The notes under the pieces were generated by a model. It was not told the origin of the DNA, did no database searches, and was given only the letters and a program-made list of their open reading frames with translations. Below are positions 18,801 through 26,099 of a DNA stretch of 32,000 nt, piece after piece (within the stretch, counting starts at the first letter, position 1; every line of letters begins with the position of its first letter). The position numbers were made by a program, and so were the translations under genes. The stretch spans positions 570,001 to 602,000 of the forward strand of contig NC_017856.1 of the NCBI RefSeq assembly GCF_000260965.1. Reading direction: 5' to 3'. Source of the stretch: Methylophaga frappieri (GTDB taxonomy: Bacteria > Pseudomonadota > Gammaproteobacteria > Nitrosococcales > Methylophagaceae).

Positions 18801-20882
18801 CGTTTCAGGACTATATCGATGGTTTTTAACTTCAGTTGTCCCAAGCTTAAAGTCGGGTAAGTCGATGATATAGACGTTAAGTTCTTCACCTTCGGCCAGT
18901 ACAAGTATATTCCCAGGATGTATATCGCCATGAGTAACTTCACTTTCATGCAAGAAGCTAACATGGCTAATTAAGGCGTTGATGGCTTTGAGCTTCTGTT
19001 CTTCAGAAACATTGTAAGTCGCCCATGTGCCCCATGAGGGCGCGTCGATAAAATCCTGGATCAGAAAAAGTTCAGATTTGTGGGTAATACCCGTGTCCCG
19101 AATGCTAGGGATAAACCCAGCTCCAAGCCCCTGGATCTTTTCAGCTTTCTCAATAAAAGCTTTGCAGAAAAAGATATTACTGGAATCTTCATTGTCGAGG
19201 GCGTTGTTCCAGATTTTAACAAGTAGCTGACCCGAGCGATAAACTTCTTTTGCATCGGTAGAGGATATTTCCTCATCTTCGACATAGGTCTTATAGAGTT
19301 TAATCTCGGTTTTGTATTGTTCGATAAGGGAACTATCAAATAGCTCAATGGTTTCTGCTTCAGGCTGTGATGCTGAAAAAGCGGCTAGAAATTCGTGAGC
19401 ATTCCGGTAACGATCCTGTGGCTCAGGACTGATAGCTTTTTGTATGACAGGTGCGTACCAGATACTGGAAGCGGTAATGTTATTTATAGCGTCTTTAATT
19501 GATGCGGGATTGAGGCGTTTCCCCTGCATTATCAGCCAGGTCAGAATGCCCAGTGAATATATGTCACGGTCATACTCGGTGCCATTATGCTCCGAGTTCT
19601 GCTCCTCAGGGATGGGTATAATCCCTGAGCTAATTGCTTTGCGTCTATCACCGACAGTTCCTGCTGGCTTATGGTAGGCCGACATGAAACTGGACATGGC
19701 CATTTTCATACCAGGGGAAAGCCATAAGCTGTGATCGCCAATATCTCGGTGAGCAATTTTTATATCATGCAGAGAGGAAAAATTATTCAGGATAATTTTG
19801 ACGAGTGTCGCCCGCTCTTCTTCGGCGAACTTGATAACAAAAGAAGAAATAAATTCATTTAGGCGTGAATAGTTATGGGGAAGCTCAAAAAGCTCGTAAA
19901 ACTCCTCGGTAATATTGTTTGGATCAATATTGGTCAGAGAGCGTAAACAGGCGTTATATAAATCCCCGTCGTTTGAACGTATGAATGATAAGACTTCTTT
20001 CTCGTGACTGACGATTTTATAGCGTTCGTCTCGCGTTTTACTGCCAGCATCATCTAACTCAGAGAAGTCCCATCTTCTCAGCAGTGCAAAGTCGTCCTTG
20101 TTGTTCTTGTTTTTAGATAAGAACTCGGTGTATATGGACTCAATGTTCTCTGGCGGGAATATCTTCTCAATGGCTTCGTAACCATCGACGATTAGACTCT
20201 TGGGTTTGGTCTCACCTTCGGAGAAGATTTGATCAAAAACCGAGATGTCTTGGTTTAAGCTTTTATTGGCTTGCGGATGTGGTCGAAAGCGTTTGTTGTA
20301 CGCATCTTCGACCGAAAGTTGTAGAAACTCATTTAGCGTTAGGACGTGTTCCTGTTCTCTAGGCGGCAGTTTAGAAGCATCAGCTGTGCCCGTTAACACT
20401 ACTAGAAAGTCTACCTTGGGACGGTCAAACTTGTGCCCCTGAAAGCTAGGAAAAGCCCGCCCACACTTGGCAAGTTTCGATGTGAGCAGATGAGCCTTGT
20501 CTTGTGTTTTGCTGACAGCTGATCGCTCTCTGTACTCTCCATTTTGATACCAATTATCACCAGACGCAGTAAGCTCGCCATTCCAATGCTTTAGCTCAAC
20601 GATGATGACGTTATAGTGGGTCACAATGACAAGATCGAATTCCCCTTCACGGCCAGAACCAGCAAGTCGAAAGCCTGCATATCCTTTCCAGGGGAACATA
20701 GCATTCCCTCCAAGCTTTAAGACCTTTAAGTCACTCAAAGAGCCGAGTTTTGCTGGTTTGGATTCCTGCTTCTGGTTAGCAGCAGCAAAAGTTTGAGCGA
20801 TTTTTTCTATGGCTCTAACTTCGTGAAGCGTTAATCCACCTTCCCAGTATTTAACGTCCATTTTATTTGTATCATGCGACAT
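15831..20882 (-). CDS. 1683-aa multidomain protein: NERD nuclease, degenerate kinase-like domain, kinase-like domain, unassigned ~370-aa region, Upf1/Dna2-like SF1 helicase
   Basis: The ORF is uninterrupted.
- NERD: aa ~15-190, with the PD-(D/E)xK-like core EFDLVIVTHYNVIIVELKHW.
- Kinase-like 1: aa ~230-505, with IAHRDIGDHSLW and DIYSLGILTWLIMQGKR but no DFG.
- Kinase-like 2: aa ~515-725, with LLVKIW, THGDIHPGNILV and YIIDLPDF.
- Helicase: aa ~1096-1645, with GPPGTGKT (nt 17496-17519), VIIDEAARS, LLVGDHKQLPP, VDSYQGKENRVIIVS and RINVAMSRAMDRLLIVG. Confidence 0.85.
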   Translation of the reverse strand: MSHDTNKMDVKYWEGGLTLHEVRAIEKIAQTFAAANQKQESKPAKLGSLSDLKVLKLGGNAMFPWKGYAGFRLAGSGREGEFDLVIVTHYNVIIVELKHWNGELTASGDNWYQNGEYRERSAVSKTQDKAHLLTSKLAKCGRAFPSFQGHKFDRPKVDFLVVLTGTADASKLPPREQEHVLTLNEFLQLSVEDAYNKRFRPHPQANKSLNQDISVFDQIFSEGETKPKSLIVDGYEAIEKIFPPENIESIYTEFLSKNKNNKDDFALLRRWDFSELDDAGSKTRDERYKIVSHEKEVLSFIRSNDGDLYNACLRSLTNIDPNNITEEFYELFELPHNYSRLNEFISSFVIKFAEEERATLVKIILNNFSSLHDIKIAHRDIGDHSLWLSPGMKMAMSSFMSAYHKPAGTVGDRRKAISSGIIPIPEEQNSEHNGTEYDRDIYSLGILTWLIMQGKRLNPASIKDAINNITASSIWYAPVIQKAISPEPQDRYRNAHEFLAAFSASQPEAETIELFDSSLIEQYKTEIKLYKTYVEDEEISSTDAKEVYRSGQLLVKIWNNALDNEDSSNIFFCKAFIEKAEKIQGLGAGFIPSIRDTGITHKSELFLIQDFIDAPSWGTWATYNVSEEQKLKAINALISHVSFLHESEVTHGDIHPGNILVLAEGEELNVYIIDLPDFKLGTTEVKNHRYSPETIHNATAIVRDNYAVIRMACELLGLDWDDLEEENTHPQLIEIIKAEKSDSAGFISLERFSQSLKELYETSSESIEELNVQLFRQDFNEAISLLPDNGELFLFYEPSTKNTDSVKVLLSGVDSSWTIFFNPINEAIEGGLTPRKTDDIPPWIRDKSQLTLPIKINIEPSDYQTDTSALQSYLLAHETFLIDSKAAVKENTQSKEVDEKLSKDIDEQLKKLLADVEYDEESIVSIKNEKIATKNIWKAILETETEALPSVEVADDPKPDIRKNELVIPYDSDNEVLDRFSKEDDVIAIKKVDDKEFIVGKVNIDQSTSSEMRVPLSSGKNYPKTGDVLYLRTKRDRASYSRRKKAMERVLNKNAVISDLTDYFEPSIDQPFTDYKVVPTEEQLDRYNQYDDEDNLTVSLNEAQRDAFKTLFSKGPLSLLQGPPGTGKTEFISAFVHYLMTEGNAQHILLVSQSHEAVNTAVERIRKHCSRLETPIDIVRFSNSEASVSQGLKDVYSRNLIESRRQSFIAEIRERIQFIQPSLKLEPEYIDAILNAELGIKKKIKNALRLQADISDSSDEQLSASLSSSLESLCYQIISELNESYSIEISELELGSIGEKIDKHLNVLYGIGPHEHRRISALLDLVNDYRDRLSSNPGSYEEFLARSRTLVCGTCVGMGLGHLGLNQIQYDWVIIDEAARSISSELAIAMQSANRILLVGDHKQLPPLFQEEHKNAILRKLGVPRVEPFQKEVFKSDFEKAFLSPYGKAVGRSLLTQYRMAEPISRLVSDTFYEQPLITGDREIPVFYNDGIDVLKAPVTWLDTSECKFGFDSEDGTSLVNLEEANQILAVLKEIEANGDYVEQLTSLVSSGEPAIGVICMYGAQKRLLRRKFNELAWSPEFRTLIKIDTVDSYQGKENRVIIVSITRNGKDRKPKFLKEPNRINVAMSRAMDRLLIVGSMQMWNRENASLPLGQVASYIQSHQSEEYRIVSAKQTVKNGGKR

Positions 20883-21127
20883 TGATTAATATTCCAATTC
20901 AATTCCAGTTAACGTCATCCCTTCTCCTGCCATATAACACCTTAGAAGTGATGTATACCTACCATTCGTTGCATACTTGCCTTAAGTAGAGGTGTCATCA
21001 ATTTATCAAATGTGACCACTTATTTTCTCCTTAGTCGTTTATTTGCTAGAAAAAGAGCACTATCCTTTTTATAGACGCCCAATTACCAAATTTGATAATG
21101 GCAAGCTCAACTAAATGAAGTAATAAA

Positions 21128-24100
21128 TTAGTCTTGCTCTCTGAGCATCAGCTCAAAATCATCACAAAGTTTATCAACCAAATCTTCAGTCTCTTTAAAG
21201 AAATAGTCACCGACTTTGGAACGATAGAGCGCACGATACTTACGATAAATTTTTGAAAAATCATCATAGATTTCATTTTCTGAAACATGCGACTTAATCT
21301 TAACGATCAATCGCTCACCTTCAGTAGAGCTGTTTACATAGCTGAAGAAGTCAGAAATTTTTGATTCGAATTCCAGAATGAGTGAGCCGATTTTCTCTTC
21401 CTGATCGTTGCGTGCAGCAATAATTGCTAAAATGTCATATTGCCCACCAGGCCCAGGAGGTGCTCCGGTTGCGACTTCTGTTGGTTTCTTTTTCTTCTTT
21501 TTAGGTTCTTCAGCAATTACTTCAACCATGCCTATTTGGTTGTCAAAATACACTTCAATAGGGTCTTTGACGTCATCGCTTCGATGAAGCATGTTATATA
21601 GGGTGTTGAATTTACGCCAAAAAAACAGAAAGCTTGGTTCGCTATACTTGGCATCCAAGGCTATTACAAATTCAATGCGATTTAATATCGTAAAATATTG
21701 TGCTGCTTTAGCCTTGGTATCTGCTGTGCGCTGAGGGTTCGCTTCAATGTATTTTTTAAGACTGCTTTCAAAATCAAGATAGGATTCAGGCTGATCTCGT
21801 TTGACAGGGTCCCTATAAATTCCCATAAACACATTGAAAAACTTATCGTACGTATCAGACTTGTTGAGCTCAGTAAGGAGAATATCGAGAACCTTTTTAT
21901 CTCCGAAAGGATCAAAGTCGCTGACAACAACATCAGAGAAATGCTCAAACGCATCTTTGATGTTCTGAACGTTTACATTGTTATAAGAGAAATCAACAAT
22001 TTTACAGTCGTTTTTATACTTGGCCGTTCTGTTAACACGTGAAATCGTTTGTATGGCGCTAATACCACGAATTTCTTTATCCAAAAACAGCGTATGCAGT
22101 TTTTTCTCGTCAAACCCTGTCTGAAGCTTGGCGACAACGATGATCAAGCCATTTTTCTTTAAGGCAAAGTTCTCCAATACTTTTTCTTCAGATAGGCCTT
22201 CATTCAAGCCCGTAGCACTTTGCTCGTCCTGATTGCTCGAATAAACAATATGAATTGGAGCCTCTGCATATTTCTCATATTTAGGAAGCTTAACCAACTC
22301 GTTAAAGTATTTAGTGACGGCTTCCTTATAAGCGATAGCCGACTTAATGGAATATACTGCAAGCATGGCTTTACCAGTACCACGTATTTGGCGGTAAACA
22401 TCTTTTACCAGAAGGTCGGCAACATACTTGGATATTGCGTCAATACGTTCTCGGTTCTCATACACCTGCTTTTTCTGAGCATCTTTAAACTCCTTCTCTG
22501 TGAAACCTTCGAGTGGATTTGAAGGTAAATCAAATAGCATTTTAGATGCTACTGGTACAATGTTTTTAAGCGGGTTGAGGATGAAGCCATCTTCTATCGC
22601 TTCTTTCATGGTAAAGCTATCAAATGGCCGCCACAGCTTTTCGCTTTCTGCATAACCGCTAAATTCACCAAAACGTGCCAGCGTGTGATCATCCGGTGTA
22701 GCGGTGAAACCGACAATTAAGTTCTTCTTCGTTGCCTTCCCAGCATAAGCTTCGCCATCAAAAGGACTTTGCAATTCGTCGAAGATACTGACCATTTCTT
22801 CATGTTGATCACCACTATTAGAGCGATGTATCTCATCGATGAGAAAAACAATACGCATTTTGGCAAGCTTTGCTAAAACACTCGCATCCATCATCTCTTT
22901 AACTGCGCCGAACTTCTGTAAGTTAACAATCACAATTCGGCTATCAGAGGCTAAAGCATTTTGAAAGGTCTTCTTGTTCGTAGCTTCAACCACCAAGCGC
23001 TTATCAATATTCATGTTAAGCATTAGTGAGTCTATCTGGCTGCGCAACTGCAATCGGTCAACGACTATCATGACCTTGTCGTACACGTACTGCATATTGC
23101 CATTTTCGTCTGGGCGGCGAAGGTCTTTTAGTTGCAGTGCCGACCAACCGATAATATTTGACTTACCAAAGCCTGCTGCATATTGCATTAATAGAGAATA
23201 AACGTTTTTGTTATTCGAATAGGCTTTACGCTTTTGAAGGAGCTCAGCTTTTTTAGCTTCACTAACGCCAACCAACTGCTTCTCAAGAAGCTTTTCGAAA
23301 TAATCGGGGTCTTGTTCATGGTCTAAAAATTCATCTATCTTAGCCATGATTTTATCTGTACCAAACTTCTGTTTTGGCCTCGGCGAAATTAAGAATCCCG
23401 GCTCATTCTTAACCTCTTTAATGCCTTTTTTGACGTGTACGTCGCGTTCAATAAAGTTGTAGTATAGGATTTCTTTCTCAACCATGAACTTACTATAAAG
23501 AGCATTGAATAACTCTTTTAGCTTGGACTTTTTATCAGCATCAGGTTTAAGTAGAGGATATAGCTTAAATACGCTATGCGCCTTTTTTTCTATCTCTTCT
23601 CGGTCAAACTTGCCTTCTCGACAAGTTGTGAGTATTTCATCGAAATAGTCTGCAATGGTGCGAATAACATAGGTTTCACCAATATCTGTTGTGGTGATAT
23701 GTATAGCCTTTTCGAATATCTTTAAAAAGTCTTTGCGCAGCGCAAGCTTTTCATTTTCACTCAACATATCATTACTATCGATATGTTGGTGATAGGCTTT
23801 CACCGCTTCAAAGTAGTCTTTTATCACCTTGCCGCGCCCGTTTTTACTAGCGTTTTGGCTGGTATAGTTACTTTTCAGTTCGCTATAACCCAGATAGATA
23901 CCATTTACAAAAAGCACGATATCAGGGCGGAATGAGAATATCTGCTCGCCCTGAAACTTAAACTTATAAGGCAGCTCCTGTACAACCGAAAATATATTCT
24001 GCTCAAATAACTTGTTGCCGTGAATGACACTATCACTTGGGTAGAACAGGTGCAGCTTTACGCCTTGCAGGGTAATCGACTTATTTGCATTAATAAACAA

Positions 24101-24358
24101 AGCCATATTACGGCTACTGCCAATACGCTCTTGAATCAGCTCTATAAGCTCTTTAAGTAATAGGTTTTTGTCACCCTTATACTTTTTTAGCAGCGTATCG
24201 TAAGCCTTCTTGTTGAGATCAGTGTCACTGATGAAAGCTTCTAAGTCCTCCTCAATAACTAAAGAGTTGGTCACCGTGTTGGCCTTGACTTCTCTGTAGC
24301 CGAGTTCATTACAGAAGAAAGGAATCAAGAACTTATCTTGTAAGTGTAGTTCGTTCAT
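21128..24358 (-). CDS. hsdR: Type I restriction enzyme R subunit
   Basis: 1076 aa. The N-terminal PD-(D/E)xK nuclease region reads FRPDIVLFVNGIYLGYSELK. SF2 helicase motifs are AAGFGKSN (I), FLIDEIHRSN (II), GFTATP (III) and QTISRVNR (VI). An ATGA overlap couples it to the hsdS stop. Confidence 0.9.
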   Translation of the reverse strand: MNELHLQDKFLIPFFCNELGYREVKANTVTNSLVIEEDLEAFISDTDLNKKAYDTLLKKYKGDKNLLLKELIELIQERIGSSRNMALFINANKSITLQGVKLHLFYPSDSVIHGNKLFEQNIFSVVQELPYKFKFQGEQIFSFRPDIVLFVNGIYLGYSELKSNYTSQNASKNGRGKVIKDYFEAVKAYHQHIDSNDMLSENEKLALRKDFLKIFEKAIHITTTDIGETYVIRTIADYFDEILTTCREGKFDREEIEKKAHSVFKLYPLLKPDADKKSKLKELFNALYSKFMVEKEILYYNFIERDVHVKKGIKEVKNEPGFLISPRPKQKFGTDKIMAKIDEFLDHEQDPDYFEKLLEKQLVGVSEAKKAELLQKRKAYSNNKNVYSLLMQYAAGFGKSNIIGWSALQLKDLRRPDENGNMQYVYDKVMIVVDRLQLRSQIDSLMLNMNIDKRLVVEATNKKTFQNALASDSRIVIVNLQKFGAVKEMMDASVLAKLAKMRIVFLIDEIHRSNSGDQHEEMVSIFDELQSPFDGEAYAGKATKKNLIVGFTATPDDHTLARFGEFSGYAESEKLWRPFDSFTMKEAIEDGFILNPLKNIVPVASKMLFDLPSNPLEGFTEKEFKDAQKKQVYENRERIDAISKYVADLLVKDVYRQIRGTGKAMLAVYSIKSAIAYKEAVTKYFNELVKLPKYEKYAEAPIHIVYSSNQDEQSATGLNEGLSEEKVLENFALKKNGLIIVVAKLQTGFDEKKLHTLFLDKEIRGISAIQTISRVNRTAKYKNDCKIVDFSYNNVNVQNIKDAFEHFSDVVVSDFDPFGDKKVLDILLTELNKSDTYDKFFNVFMGIYRDPVKRDQPESYLDFESSLKKYIEANPQRTADTKAKAAQYFTILNRIEFVIALDAKYSEPSFLFFWRKFNTLYNMLHRSDDVKDPIEVYFDNQIGMVEVIAEEPKKKKKKPTEVATGAPPGPGGQYDILAIIAARNDQEEKIGSLILEFESKISDFFSYVNSSTEGERLIVKIKSHVSENEIYDDFSKIYRKYRALYRSKVGDYFFKETEDLVDKLCDDFELMLREQD

Positions 24359-25650
24359 GCAGCTCCTCCTGCATCATTGCTGGTTTTTGTAATCTTAACG
24401 TGTCCATTTACTGCGTCATTTACTATTGCAACCCTCAACTCCGACAATTTAGTTAACTGAGTTTTGAGATTATTAATAATTCCATCTAGCCTTTCAGTTG
24501 CCGAATCTAGATATGCCGAAATTTTCAATTGCTCATGATATGGTGGGTTAGGAACTAAAGTGTCTCGAATATCTTGGACAGATATAGCAACATACGTAGA
24601 GCCAGTTGCTATACTATTGAAATACCTACATAATGATTTCATTAGATAAAGGTGATATCGATGATCACCTTTGGAGCGGAAGGCACAAAGGCCACGACCA
24701 ATTCCATAGGCTTTATTTGCCACGTTCACAGCACCAACAGGCGCTCTCACGGATACCAATATATCGCCTTCTTTGGCATATTTTTTAACAGCATTGCACC
24801 AAACCTTTTCTTGTGGATGCTCAGCGCCAAATTCTGCATTTCCTTGCAAGAATGCTTCGCCTTTACCTTCATCTACGTAACTTGACGACTCTGGTGATTG
24901 CCCCATAATAGTATCACCAAGCTCTTTAAGTCGTTTTACTTCCCAATGCTTAGGCTTTTTAGCTGCCCAGATATAACCACTTTCTTCAAAAATACATTCA
25001 TTTTCTACGCCATTAACCACTGCATTAAAAATTATGCTTTCTCTAAGCTCTTTATACTTTTTGATCTTCTCTAGCAGTAACTTTTGTTTGGAATCTATTT
25101 GTTTACTTTTTGTGTCCAAGTAGTCTGATATAGTTGCTTGCTCAGCATAGGAAGGATTTGGAACTGTAATTGCTCCAAGCTTGTCAAAGTATAGCCGCAA
25201 ACGCATGTCCATAATGCCGCGTGAATTTTTACGGAATATTTTTTTGGCTGTTTCAGTTCTAAAAAGATAAGCAAAGTACCTTGGGTCAATGTCTTTACTT
25301 ACCTGTCTCAGTACGTCATAGGCAGGACTAGTAACACCATCATATTCAGACAAGCCCACTGAACCCATCCAAGCCAAAAGCTTGTTCACGACAATATCGT
25401 TCTTTCTGACAATCCAATACCCATCGGTCGTGCTGGCTTTGTTACCTCTGGCTTCCAAATCTTTGCGTGGCTTTACCCCAATGCCTGCATATAAAGAGAG
25501 TAACTCGTAATCATTGTCTGCTGGTGCTGCGTCGGTTACTAACCTAAATAGATCTTTTACGCGCTTTTCTTGCCACTCACTAGGTATAGTTTCTGACCAT
25601 TCGCCTTCGGCGTTTTTATACGAATCATAGGTTTCTGAATGCAACTTCAT
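24355..25650 (-). CDS. hsdS: Type I R-M specificity subunit with two target-recognition domains
   Basis: 431 aa. The conserved inter-TRD motif appears twice (VPNPSYAEQATISDYLD and VPNPPYHEQLKISAYLD). ATGA overlaps link it to the genes on both sides. Confidence 0.9.
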   Translation of the reverse strand: MKLHSETYDSYKNAEGEWSETIPSEWQEKRVKDLFRLVTDAAPADNDYELLSLYAGIGVKPRKDLEARGNKASTTDGYWIVRKNDIVVNKLLAWMGSVGLSEYDGVTSPAYDVLRQVSKDIDPRYFAYLFRTETAKKIFRKNSRGIMDMRLRLYFDKLGAITVPNPSYAEQATISDYLDTKSKQIDSKQKLLLEKIKKYKELRESIIFNAVVNGVENECIFEESGYIWAAKKPKHWEVKRLKELGDTIMGQSPESSSYVDEGKGEAFLQGNAEFGAEHPQEKVWCNAVKKYAKEGDILVSVRAPVGAVNVANKAYGIGRGLCAFRSKGDHRYHLYLMKSLCRYFNSIATGSTYVAISVQDIRDTLVPNPPYHEQLKISAYLDSATERLDGIINNLKTQLTKLSELRVAIVNDAVNGHVKITKTSNDAGGAA

Positions 25651-26099
25651 AGTGCGATAGCCTCATCCAGTTGTTTTAACTCTTCCTCTAGTGCTGCGAT
25701 TTCTTTTAAAACATCTTCAACACTGTGTTGCGCTTCAGGCTTGAAGAAAATTTTGTTAAAGTTAATTTCTACACCCACGACATTTTCAAGATATTCAAAC
25801 GGTTTACTGATGTATTTCGCCATAAAGGCTTCAATAGCTTGCTGATTAAGCACAGAATCTTTGTTAAATGGAATAACTTCGTAGTCTTTTTGATAATCCG
25901 GAGTCAACTCAACAGTAATTTCAATTCGTTCCGGTAGTTTTTTTGTGCCTTTCTTGACCGCAGCCTTAATGATAATTTTCCCGCACCCTAATGCTTGAGC
26001 AGCCCCTGTTTTACGATCTTCTTTGATTAAGGTTTCTTGCTCGTCATCGTAATAGTAGGTGCTTGAATTGGTCGTGACCTTAAGTGATTGTTTTTTTAG
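25647..26099 (-). pseudogene. hsdM: Out-of-frame C-terminal segment of hsdM (150 open codons with no ATG or GTG start)
   Basis: My translation of the frame one nt offset from hsdM stays open from just after a TAG (26102-26100) down to the TGA at 25647. It reads LKKQSLKVTTNSSTYYYDDEQETL...VVGVEINFNKIFFKPEAQHSVEDVLKEIAALEEELKQLDEAIAL. The tail resembles the conserved C-terminus of long HsdM proteins (GYEINFNRYFY...LEEI...LE.EI pattern, from memory). It ends in an ATGA overlap with hsdS. The track reports only the part starting at a TTG at 25907. Confidence 0.6.

Noticed and set aside
20883-21127. Promoter, terminator or direct-repeat calls in the hsdR / giant-gene intergenic region (for example ATTCCAATTCAATTCCA and AAAAAG...CTTTTT)
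   Set aside because: I found only weak AT-only pairings and short repeats. I could not identify a convincing -35/-10 pair or a GC-rich terminator stem by eye. The region very likely holds the module's promoter, but no specific site is supportable.
21470-21515. The Lys6/Pro-Gly linker of HsdR (PKKKKKKPTEVATGAPPGPGG) as a slippage-prone tract
   Set aside because: The DNA is an interrupted T/C mix (tttctttttcttcttttt), not a homopolymer. The frame is intact, so this is most simply a flexible interdomain linker.
24355-25650. Possible hsdS shufflon or phase-variable specificity system
   Set aside because: There is only one hsdS copy. I saw no silent hsdS fragments, no invertase or recombinase gene, and no long inverted repeats flanking the TRDs in this window.
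26091-26098. Possible phase variation or programmed -1 frameshifting at the A7 run (A_AAA_AAC-like heptamer) at the hsdM break
   Set aside because: The TAA stop is formed by the T and the first two A residues ahead of the run, so changing the run length cannot remove it. A ribosome would also terminate before reaching the slippery heptamer. The frame change needed is at AGC/TAA, which offers no re-pairing.
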